64,000 nt of DNA from Parcubacteria group bacterium GW2011_GWA1_40_21 (GTDB taxonomy: Bacteria; Patescibacteriota; Minisyncoccia; Phycocordibacterales; GWA1-40-21): the NCBI GenBank assembly GCA_000996205.1, contig LBYO01000001.1:3077-67076 (forward strand). The letters run 5' to 3'. The stretch's first letter is position 1; each line of letters starts with the position of its first letter. Of the stretch, positions 20,202-28,238 are shown in pieces. Made by a program: the position numbers and the translations under genes. Under the pieces are notes generated by a model. The model made no database searches. It was given only the letters and a program-made list of their open reading frames with translations, and had not been told where the DNA came from.

Positions 20202-21149
20202 CATTGCACAATGCAAATTGCGACCTGTCAAGGCAACTTGACAGAAAAAACCAACTGAAATCGGTGAAGCCCTCCTCTTTAAGTGTTATAATTAAAGGCA
20301 TGAAGGTAATACCGAGGGAAGCTGGGAGAGTCACATATTCAACTAAAATTAGAGAACTGAAAAATTTGCCTTTTACGGAAAAGCAAAAGGCAATAATAAT
20401 TGGAATGATTTTGGGTGATGGTTGTCTTTGCGATAATTGGTCTAAAACCAATTCTCGTCTCATAGTGAGTCATTCGATTGATCAGTCAGAATATATTTGG
20501 TGGAAATATCACGAGTTAAAATCGCACATTTTAACCCCGCCACGATATTATGAAAGAAATCGTTCACTTACAATAAGAACAATCAGCCATCCCGAGATTA
20601 CGAAATTTAGAGAAGTTTTCTACGCACAAAAACGAAAGATAGTTCCGCAGAATATTGCGAAACTCATCACGAATCCGTTGGTGCTAGCTGTATGGTTTAT
20701 GGATGATGGCAACAATATTCAAAGAAATGGAAAAAGTTGTGGCTATCATATCAATACTCAATCTTTCACTCATAAAGAAAACAAATTGCTTGCGGAAAGT
20801 TTACGCAAAATATATGGCACAGAGGCCACACTGGAACGAAATCACGAAAAATACAGATTGGCAGTTTGGAAAAAGGATTCGCGAGAAAAGATTAGAAACT
20901 TAACGCAACCGCACATATTGAAAGATATGCTATATAAAATTGGTTGAATATGTGACTCTCCTTAGCCCCGTAGAGACTGAATCCGAGTATTCGCCTCAAG
21001 GCAAATACTAGGTGAAGATAGCAGATTTAACAACTGTTATAAAACGTTGGCTCCCTCCCCAGTTTTGATTTTAGAAATTTCTATTTTCAAAATTGGGGAA
21101 GGATGAAGATATAGTCCATGCCCCAATGAAAATTGGGGGAGAAAACATG
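20202..21149 (+). mobile_element. Group I intron after 16S U1498 with a LAGLIDADG gene
   Basis: Interrupts AAGTCGT|AACAAGG. IGS TTGCGAC, Q AATACCGAGGGAAG, R GTAGAGACT, S GAAGATATAGTCC, terminal G. Confidence 0.94.
20300..20947 (+). CDS. Intron-encoded two-motif LAGLIDADG endonuclease
   Basis: IIGMILGDG and LAVWFMDDG. The ORF-track start at 20045 lies in rRNA exon, so ATG 20300 is preferred. Confidence 0.92.
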   Translation: MKVIPREAGRVTYSTKIRELKNLPFTEKQKAIIIGMILGDGCLCDNWSKTNSRLIVSHSIDQSEYIWWKYHELKSHILTPPRYYERNRSLTIRTISHPEITKFREVFYAQKRKIVPQNIAKLITNPLVLAVWFMDDGNNIQRNGKSCGYHINTQSFTHKENKLLAESLRKIYGTEATLERNHEKYRLAVWKKDSREKIRNLTQPHILKDMLYKIG

Positions 21150-21352
21150 AACAAGGCACGGGTAGCGGAAGCTGCTCGTGGATTATTTCAAATTGAACAC
21201 GTTTCCGATTTTACTTTCGGGTAGAATCGAGAAGCTAACGGTGTCGATTTTCAATGCCTCAATTGAGCATTGAAAAGTTTGACTGAACTCAAAACAGTCT
21301 GGCGTCCGAGAAAGAATGGAAAAACGAACGGAACAAAATAAAGGATAGTAAA

Positions 21353-21395
21353 AAACACAAAAGCCATTTCTCATAAGAGAAATGGCTTTTGTGTT
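21353..21395. terminator. Terminator-like hairpin after 16S
   Basis: AACACAAAAGCCATTTCTC-ATAA-GAGAAATGGCTTTTGTGTT. Confidence 0.7.
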
Positions 21396-21445
21396 GCCTG
21401 TAAGGGCTTTTCTTGCTATATTGCCTCAGTGATTTGTGGGATTTT

Positions 21446-21519
21446 GCGCGATTAGCTCAGGTGGTTAGAGCGCGTCACTGATAATGACGAGGTCCCAGGT
21501 TCGAGTCCTGGATCGCGCA
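21446..21519 (+). tRNA. tRNA-Ile(GAU)
   Basis: GCGCGAT/ATCGCGC; anticodon arm CGTCA-CTGATAA-TGACG; GGTTCGAGTCC. Confidence 0.96.
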
Positions 21520-21569
21520 CACTGTGAATAATTATTATCTAAACCAGCTAAATTTGGTGTTGGGGTGAA

Positions 21570-21628
21570 GTTAGAGCGCGTCACTGATAATGACGAGGTC
21601 CCAGGTTCGAGTCCTGGATCGCGCACCA
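21570..21628 (+). repeat. Duplicated 3' 57 nt of tRNA-Ile(GAU), ending in CCA
   Basis: 21570-21626 is identical to 21464-21520. Confidence 0.88.
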
Positions 21629-21921
21629 AAAAGCCGAAGGCGTTTTTTTGCGATAGTCCCGAAGAACATCGGGGTGCCCAGGACTCGAAGCCCCGATGGG
21701 CAGATTTTTGAGTTCGTACTCGAATGATAAAAATCTCCATCGGCGGGTACTGAATCGGGAAGATACAGTTTTTCCGTTAATTACAAAACAAGAATTGTTT
21801 TTTTCTTACTTATCAAAAACCGAAGCCGTCCTCCTCGCCGTCGGTGATCATGAAGTGTATAAAGAATAATTTTTTATTCTTGCACATTGGTGTTTTAAGT
21901 ACTATTATATGATTAATTATT

Positions 21922-22260
21922 ATGAAAAAACATAAAAATACATTGCAAAAAGGCTCGGTTCGCTACATTGTTTTTAAAGAAAATAATGTTTGGTATGCTG
22001 TTGGTCTTGAGTTTAATATAGTGGAATCGGGTGATACGCCTCAAGAAGCGATTTTGCTGTTGTCCGAAGCGCTTTCCGGCTATGTTGAATCGGCTAAGAA
22101 AATAAAATCCAGACCGAATATTTTAAATCAAACAACTGATAGTGAATATGAGACAATGTGGCAAAATAGCCAGAAAGACAGAGAACAAGCAAAAGATGTT
22201 TTTTCTTCAGGCTTTTTTAATGTGAATCAAATTTCGCAAGGATTTGCTGTGCCAGCATAG
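21922..22260 (+). CDS. HicB-like antitoxin
   Basis: WYAVGLEFNIVESGDTPQEA..LSEA partial RNase H-like motif; directly upstream of a HicA gene. Confidence 0.65.
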   Translation: MKKHKNTLQKGSVRYIVFKENNVWYAVGLEFNIVESGDTPQEAILLLSEALSGYVESAKKIKSRPNILNQTTDSEYETMWQNSQKDREQAKDVFSSGFFNVNQISQGFAVPA

Positions 22261-22281
22261 CGGATGTATTTTTTATCAATT

Positions 22282-22515
22282 ATGCCAAGAGGACTTTTCA
22301 ATTGGACAGCCGAAGATGCAATCAGATTTTTAAAAGATTATAAATTTTCCCATATCTACACCAAAGGCAGTCATATGTTTTACTTCGGCCGCTATAATGG
22401 TCACCCGCGGCAAGTTTGCATTCCTTTCCACGGAAAAAGAGAACTAAAACCGAGGACATTGAAAGGTATCATCCAACAATCAGGGATTTCTCAAAAGGAA
22501 TGGCTGAAAAATTAA
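22282..22515 (+). CDS. hicA: HicA-family toxin
   Basis: KGSH, VCIPFH, LKPRTLKGIIQQSG. Confidence 0.85.
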   Translation: MPRGLFNWTAEDAIRFLKDYKFSHIYTKGSHMFYFGRYNGHPRQVCIPFHGKRELKPRTLKGIIQQSGISQKEWLKN

Positions 22516-22566
22516 GGTGGTTTTCAGGGGAAGAATTATTAAAAAAATTAATCAATAAAACAAGAT

Positions 22567-23133
22567 TTGAAATACTTAACATCGTTTGGCTTAATTTTGT
22601 TTGTTTTTGGGTTATATCTGGCTTTTTTTCAACACTCTAATATTTGGTACAGCATTTTTATAACAGGAGGATTTATTCTTTTTGAAGGAATAAATTATCC
22701 AAAAGGATTTTCTGTTTTAAAAAATAAAAAATTGTTTTTGCGAACGTGGTTAATTTTTATTGTTATTGGGACAGTTATTGAAATTATCGGAAACCTCTGG
22801 CTGAACTTATGGAATTATCCGACATTTAATAAATTAGATTATTTGATACATGTACTAATAATCGGCTACCCGTTTATAAGTTTTTTCGGGTTAGAATTCT
22901 TTGTTTTGCTTCAAAGAATTTTTCCTTCAAGAAAATTGCAAATAATACTTCTTCCAATTTCTTCTTTTATTTTCGGTTATTTGAATGAATATCCAAATAT
23001 TTTTGCTTACGAATGGAAATACACAAATCGGCCATTAGGTGAATTTCTGGGGATTCCTATCTTGGTTTCTATTTTGTGGATTATCTTATTATTCGTTCTC
23101 TTCTTTAAGAAGCTATTTGAATTTAAAAGATAA
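22567..23133 (+). CDS. Hypothetical multi-pass membrane protein
   Basis: About six hydrophobic segments, repeated W-x-Y motif; start codon uncertain. Confidence 0.7.
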   Translation: MKYLTSFGLILFVFGLYLAFFQHSNIWYSIFITGGFILFEGINYPKGFSVLKNKKLFLRTWLIFIVIGTVIEIIGNLWLNLWNYPTFNKLDYLIHVLIIGYPFISFFGLEFFVLLQRIFPSRKLQIILLPISSFIFGYLNEYPNIFAYEWKYTNRPLGEFLGIPILVSILWIILLFVLFFKKLFEFKR

Positions 23134-23143
23134 TCATTTCATC

Positions 23144-23587
23144 TCATTTTTTCATCTCCCTCCTCATTTCCCGTTCCGTATCTCTCTTCTTTATCGATTC
23201 TCTCTTATCAAACTGTTTCTTGCCACGAGCGACGCCGATTTCTATTTTTATTTTTCCGCCGGCATTATACATTGCCAAAGCTGGCATCGCGAATCCTTTT
23301 TTTGCCTCAACTGAAGCGAGGGTGGAAATTTCTTTTTTTGTCAGAAGAATGCGTCTGTTTCTTATCGGGTCATAGGATTCCGGCGCATTTTTTGCTTGGA
23401 AAGCAGGAATGTTCGCTCCTATGAGATACGCCTCTCCGCCTCTTATTGTGATATAAGCGCCTTCAAGAGAGCCCTGTCCCGACTTGATTGATTTCACCTC
23501 AAAACCGAAAAGCTCTATGCCCGCGACATATTTTTCCAAAATTTCGTAGTTGAAATAGGCTTTTTTGTTGTTTATCAGAATTTGCAT
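23144..23587 (-). CDS. smpB: SsrA-binding protein SmpB
   Basis: NKKAYFNY, AGIEL.G.EVKS, RGKKQFDKRESIK. Confidence 0.97.
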   Translation of the reverse strand: MQILINNKKAYFNYEILEKYVAGIELFGFEVKSIKSGQGSLEGAYITIRGGEAYLIGANIPAFQAKNAPESYDPIRNRRILLTKKEISTLASVEAKKGFAMPALAMYNAGGKIKIEIGVARGKKQFDKRESIKKRDTEREMRREMKK

Positions 23588-23769
23588 TTAATTATATTAA
23601 CATATGAATTAAGTTGCCGTGACTAGGTTATAGTTGCTAGTGAATAGTGATTAGGTTTGGGAATTGATTACTAATTTCTATCGTCTTTTCTTTTCCTAAA
23701 ACCTAGTCACTAGAAACTAATCACTGCTCATTTATGTTTCCAATAATTTGTGTATAATGACAGTAAATT

Positions 23770-25716
23770 ATGGATTTATTTAATAACAAAAAAGGAGGGA
23801 AGAAAGCGGCGCAAGACAAAAAGGGCAATGGGTCAAAAAAATCTCCTTCCCCGAAAAGACCATTTTTCGTCAATGTTGTGAGTTCCGTTGTGATATTTTT
23901 GATTATTATCACTTTGTATTCAATTATTGCCGAGAATGTTTCTCCGTCAAAAGAGGTGCCGATTTCTGAAATTGCTTCCGATATTTCCGCAGGCAAGGTG
24001 GAGAGTATTTCTATAAAAGGAGATATTTTAGAGATAAAATATACCGGTTCGGAAGAAATAAAATCCGCCAAGAAAGAAGAGGGAACGGCGTTGTCCGAAA
24101 CTCTGGTCAATTACGGCGTTCCATCTGAAAAGATAAGCGCGGTTAAAATTGAAGTGAAGAATCCGAGCGGAGTCGGATACTGGCTTCTCAATCTCGCTCC
24201 GTTTCTCGCACCAATACTTTTCATATTTATATTTATCTGGTTTCTTTCAAGACAAGTCAAAGGCGCGGGAATGCAAGCTTTTACTTTCGGCCAATCCAAA
24301 GCAAGGATGATTTTACCTTCGGATAAAAAGCAAAAAGTGACTTTTGCCGATGTTGCCGGTGCTAAAGAAGCCAAGGAAGAACTTTCGGAAATCGTAGATT
24401 TTCTCAAGAACCCGAAAAAATTTCTGGAAATCGGCGCGCGCATACCGAAAGGCATTCTTCTTATGGGCGCTCCGGGCACGGGTAAAACTTTGCTCGCGCG
24501 GGCGGTGGCGGGGGAAGCGGGGGTCGCCTTCTTTTCAATTTCCGGTTCGGAATTCGTGGAAATGTTTGTCGGTGTCGGCGCTTCGCGCGTCAGAGATTTA
24601 TTCAAGATGGCAAAGCAAGCCGCTCCGTCAATAGTCTTTGTGGATGAAATAGACGCGGTGGGCAGAGTGCGAGGGGCCGGACTTGGAGGAGGAAATGACG
24701 AAAGGGAACAAACCTTGAATCAGATTTTAGTTGAGATGGACGGCTTTGAGCCGAATGAAAAAGTAATAGTGATGGCGGCGACTAACAGACCGGATGTCTT
24801 GGACTCGGCGCTTCTCCGCCCGGGAAGATTTGACCGCAGAGTGACAATAGATTTGCCGGACAGAAACGACAGAGAAGAAATATTGAAAATTCACGCCCGC
24901 GCCAAACAGTTTGCGGAAGATGTGAACTTTCCTGTGATTGCGGAGAGAACACCGGGGTTTTCTGGAGCCGATCTGTATTCGCTTATGAACGAAGGGGCGA
25001 TTCTCGCGGCGCGGGAAAATAGGAAAAAAATATCGCAGTATGACCTTATAAGGTCTATTGAAAAAGTGATGCTCGGTCCGGAAAGAAAAAGTCACATCCT
25101 CTCAAAACGGGAAAAAGAAATCACGGCTTATCACGAAGGAGGACACGCCATCATCGCTTCCGTCCTTCCTTACTCCGATCCTGTCCACAAAGTTTCCATA
25201 ATTTCACGCGGACGCGCCGCCGGCTACACTTTGAAATTGCCGATTGAAGACAAGAGATTGCAATCCCAAAGAGAATTTCTTGACGATATCGCCGTTTCTC
25301 TCGGCGGATATGTGACGGAAAAAATGATGTTCGGCGACCTGACCACCGGCTCGTCCAATGACTTGCAAGTCGCCACCGCTCTGGCGCGCGATATGGTGAC
25401 GAAATACGGAATGTCCGAGAAGATGGGGCCGATGGCGTTTGAGGGAGCGGGAGGCAGAGCTCTCTACGGCAGAGGCTTGGAAGACAAAGAATATTCGGAA
25501 AAAGTGGGCGCTTTGATTGACGACGAGGTTGCTAAAATAATGAACGAGGCCTTCAAAAAATCCGAAGACATAATTACGAAAAATCGCGCCGTCTTGGACG
25601 CAGTCGCCAAAAGATTGATTGAAACAGAGACGATTGAAAAAGACGAATTTGAAAAAATAATCATCGCCCACGGCATCATCCCAAAAAAGAAAATGGACAT
25701 TGAGCATCAGGCGTAA
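23770..25716 (+). CDS. ftsH: ATP-dependent zinc metalloprotease FtsH
   Basis: [25 protein letters not shown]. Confidence 0.98.
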   Translation: MDLFNNKKGGKKAAQDKKGNGSKKSPSPKRPFFVNVVSSVVIFLIIITLYSIIAENVSPSKEVPISEIASDISAGKVESISIKGDILEIKYTGSEEIKSAKKEEGTALSETLVNYGVPSEKISAVKIEVKNPSGVGYWLLNLAPFLAPILFIFIFIWFLSRQVKGAGMQAFTFGQSKARMILPSDKKQKVTFADVAGAKEAKEELSEIVDFLKNPKKFLEIGARIPKGILLMGAPGTGKTLLARAVAGEAGVAFFSISGSEFVEMFVGVGASRVRDLFKMAKQAAPSIVFVDEIDAVGRVRGAGLGGGNDEREQTLNQILVEMDGFEPNEKVIVMAATNRPDVLDSALLRPGRFDRRVTIDLPDRNDREEILKIHARAKQFAEDVNFPVIAERTPGFSGADLYSLMNEGAILAARENRKKISQYDLIRSIEKVMLGPERKSHILSKREKEITAYHEGGHAIIASVLPYSDPVHKVSIISRGRAAGYTLKLPIEDKRLQSQREFLDDIAVSLGGYVTEKMMFGDLTTGSSNDLQVATALARDMVTKYGMSEKMGPMAFEGAGGRALYGRGLEDKEYSEKVGALIDDEVAKIMNEAFKKSEDIITKNRAVLDAVAKRLIETETIEKDEFEKIIIAHGIIPKKKMDIEHQA

Positions 25717-25830
25717 TAATTTTCCTGTCATTCCCGTGAAAACGGGAATCCAGACTCAATTTTTCCTTTGCTTTAATATATGAACTAGTGTAAAATAGTT
25801 TGATTAACTATAATACTAAGGTTCAATTTT

Positions 25831-26499
25831 ATGGCGCGAAGGAAAGACAAAGAAAAGGCTATCAAGCTGAGGCTTAAAGGTTTTAGCTACAGCCAGATCA
25901 AAGACAAGATAGACTTGAGCAAAAGCACCTTGAGTAATTGGCTGTCATCATATCCCTTGTCTGATGAAAGAATAAGAGAATTGAGGGATTGGAGTCCGAG
26001 AAGGATTGAGAGATGCAGGATTGCCAAACAGCTTAATAGGCAGAAAAAATTAAGCTCTATCTATATTCGTGCAGGAAAAGATATCAAGAATCTTAACAAA
26101 AGAGAAACTTTATTGGCTGGACTATTTCTATATTGGGGCGAGGGTGGCAAAACATCCCGTTCAACTGTTTCAATGACAAATACGGATCCTTCGGTTCTAA
26201 GATTCTTTATCAGATGGATGGAGGATATGGGGATTCACAAAAAAAGACTTAGGGTAATTCTTCAGCTCTATCGGGATATGAATGTAAATGAAGAAGTAAA
26301 TTATTGGTCTAGAATATTGAATATTACCAAAAAACAATTTAGAAAACCGAGAGTGAAAGATTCTCTGTTGTCTGACATTACATACAAAAATGGATTCGGA
26401 CACGGCACTTGCACAGTCGTCCTTTACTCTGCCGAAATTTATGATTATATTATAATGTGTTTGAAATATATAAGAGATGATATCTCAATGCGCCTGTAG
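25831..26499 (+). CDS. HTH plus LAGLIDADG-like domain protein overlapping the tRNA 5' end
   Basis: N-terminal HTH (GFSYSQI...SKSTLSNW) and LAGLFLYWGEGGK...TNTDP. The stop codon lies inside tRNA-Ile(UAU). Confidence 0.65.
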   Translation: MARRKDKEKAIKLRLKGFSYSQIKDKIDLSKSTLSNWLSSYPLSDERIRELRDWSPRRIERCRIAKQLNRQKKLSSIYIRAGKDIKNLNKRETLLAGLFLYWGEGGKTSRSTVSMTNTDPSVLRFFIRWMEDMGIHKKRLRVILQLYRDMNVNEEVNYWSRILNITKKQFRKPRVKDSLLSDITYKNGFGHGTCTVVLYSAEIYDYIIMCLKYIRDDISMRL

Positions 26500-26562
26500 C
26501 TTAGTTGGTAAAGCGTTCGTCTTATACACGAATGAGCGGGGGTTCGAGTCCCTCCAGGCGCA
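26490..26562 (+). tRNA. tRNA-Ile(UAU)
   Basis: GCGCCTG/CAGGCGC-A; anticodon arm TTCGT-CTTATAC-ACGAA; GGTTCGAGTCC. Confidence 0.9.
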
Positions 26563-26585
26563 CCGATAAACCCTTATGAAGATTT

Positions 26586-27101
26586 ATGATAAAGATATTT
26601 ATGAATTCTAAATTAAAAATAATTTTCAGTGCAGTTATAATGGTAATTATCTTTGCTGTTGGGTATAGTTTAAATAAGATCGATTATAAAAACGAGATTG
26701 CTAAACAAGATTTACGTCTTAAGTGCCAGGATGTCTTCAGTAAGTTGCATAACAAGGTAGAATCAATAAGATACGGAGATAAGGTACAATCAGCCGATAC
26801 AATCATTTGGAGTCCGAAAACAAAAACTTGTTTGGTTTATTACCGTGTTCCACAAGAGGATCGTTACAGTTTTCTTTTTGAGGTTTGGGATTACACTGAC
26901 AGTGATTTGGTTTTAAGTTATAGCTCAGAAAATTCAAAAGAATGTATGTTTGATGGCATTGAAACTGATAAGGAAAATTATATCTATAAATACAACAAAA
27001 AACTTGAAGGTGCTGGATGCGGTTTTTCATTGCGAAAAGACGGTATTGATTTATTAACGAATTTTGAGAAGGCGATGATTGAACTTGGCTTTAAGAAATA
27101 A
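26586..27101 (+). CDS. Hypothetical membrane-anchored protein
   Basis: N-terminal TM helix and four Cys. Confidence 0.7.
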   Translation: MIKIFMNSKLKIIFSAVIMVIIFAVGYSLNKIDYKNEIAKQDLRLKCQDVFSKLHNKVESIRYGDKVQSADTIIWSPKTKTCLVYYRVPQEDRYSFLFEVWDYTDSDLVLSYSSENSKECMFDGIETDKENYIYKYNKKLEGAGCGFSLRKDGIDLLTNFEKAMIELGFKK

Positions 27102-27151
27102 AATATTATTACTCAAATTCATAAAGATAATAGGGTATATATTTAAACTTA

Positions 27152-27298
27152 TCACTCAAAATGAATCGTTGCGGATTGGCGATGGGAGAGTTTTTGTTGG
27201 AGGAGGGGGTAGTTGCCGAGCGAGGAATCTTTTTCAATCATATCTTTGGCTTCGGCGCGGGCGGCTTCCACCATTTTTATATTTTTTATGGCTTCCAT
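27152..27298 (-). pseudogene. Diverged copy of the recG 3' end (48 codons plus stop)
   Basis: MEAIKNIKMVEAARAEAKDMIEKD...SATIHFE* aligns to recG 30841-30987. Confidence 0.9.
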
Positions 27299-27354
27299 TT
27301 GGCGATTTGACACTCGTCTTTTTATTTGTGGAGGTTTATGGTAGGCTGGATTAT

Positions 27355-27615
27355 ATGGAAAAGTTAAATAAAAATATTTCTTTTTACTCAATAATTATTG
27401 AAGCCTGCGAAGAAGGCGGATATTTTGCTTATTGTCCGACACTGCAGGGTTGCCACGCCGAAGGCGAGACATATGGAGAAGTTATAGATAACACACGCGA
27501 AGTTATTGAGGCTCATCTTGAATTGCGCAAGAAACATAAAGAACTCGTGTCATTCGTTAAAATTAAAAATATGTCCGATATGAATATTCAAATTCCCGTT
27601 CCAGTTAGGAATTAA
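27355..27615 (+). CDS. hicB: HicB-family antitoxin
   Basis: EEGGYFAYCPTLQGCHAEGETYGE. Confidence 0.88.
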   Translation: MEKLNKNISFYSIIIEACEEGGYFAYCPTLQGCHAEGETYGEVIDNTREVIEAHLELRKKHKELVSFVKIKNMSDMNIQIPVPVRN

Positions 27616-27617
27616 TT

Positions 27618-27854
27618 ATGGGCAAGAATTTCCCAGCAGCAAATTATAGGGATATTTCAAGAGTTGCCAAAATTCTTGGGTTTTATTTTTGCCGACAAGC
27701 AAAAGGCAGTCATGAGATTTGGAGGAGAGATAAAGACGGAAGACAGACAACTATTCCCAAGCATGGGGCTAAAGTTATTAAACGCAGGACTCTAAAAGCG
27801 ATTTTAGAAGATTTCCAAATTTCAGCGGAAGAATTTATCAAATTGAAAAATTAA
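27618..27854 (+). CDS. hicA: HicA-family toxin
   Basis: RQAKGSHEIW, TTIPKH, TLKAIL. Confidence 0.88.
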   Translation: MGKNFPAANYRDISRVAKILGFYFCRQAKGSHEIWRRDKDGRQTTIPKHGAKVIKRRTLKAILEDFQISAEEFIKLKN

Positions 27855-27958
27855 ATAAAGGCAATACGCGATTTTAAATTTTTTGTTTCCGTCTTCGGTC
27901 TCGCAACAGGGTTATTGGCTAAATCTTGATTCGCGGGAATGACGGGAAGAAGATTTTT

Positions 27959-28005
27959 TCACTCAAAATGAATCGTTGCGGATTGGCGATGGGAGAGTTT
28001 TTGTT
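27959..28005 (-). repeat. 47-bp exact copy of the recG 3' end
   Basis: TCACTCAAAATGAATCGTTGCGGATTGGCGATGGGAGAGTTTTTGTT also occurs at 27152 and 30841. Confidence 0.9.
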
Positions 28006-28238
28006 TGTCATTTCAGCTCGGGGTATGAAAGCTCCTGATCTCATTCTTAATTGAAAGGGAAAAAAATTTGACATTTTTGAATATATATGTATATTTCCCA
28101 TAGACGTTGAAATTTATTTCCTTTTCTTGTTCTTTGACATTAATGAAAGGAGCGAAAAATGATCAAGAAATGAACATATTGTAATTTTCGTTGGTAAGTT
28201 GTTTTACTTTAATTTACTGAAAAAATGGAGGTGAAGAG

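Larger units (their letters stand above)
17880..21190 (+). rRNA. rrs: 16S rRNA gene with two group I introns and two helix insertions
   Basis: AGAGTTTGATCCTAGCTCAG, GTGCCAGCAGCAGCGGTAA, AAACTCAAAGGAATAGACGG, CAACCCT, AAGTCGT|AACAAGG. Ends are approximate. Confidence 0.99.

Noticed and set aside
20045-20299. N-terminal extension of the LAGLIDADG ORF into the 16S exon
   Set aside because: It translates conserved rRNA; ATG 20300 has a promoter-like motif just upstream.
27079-27354. Long N-terminal extension of hicB
   Set aside because: It is the antisense of the recG fragment; the HicB domain starts at ATG 27355.
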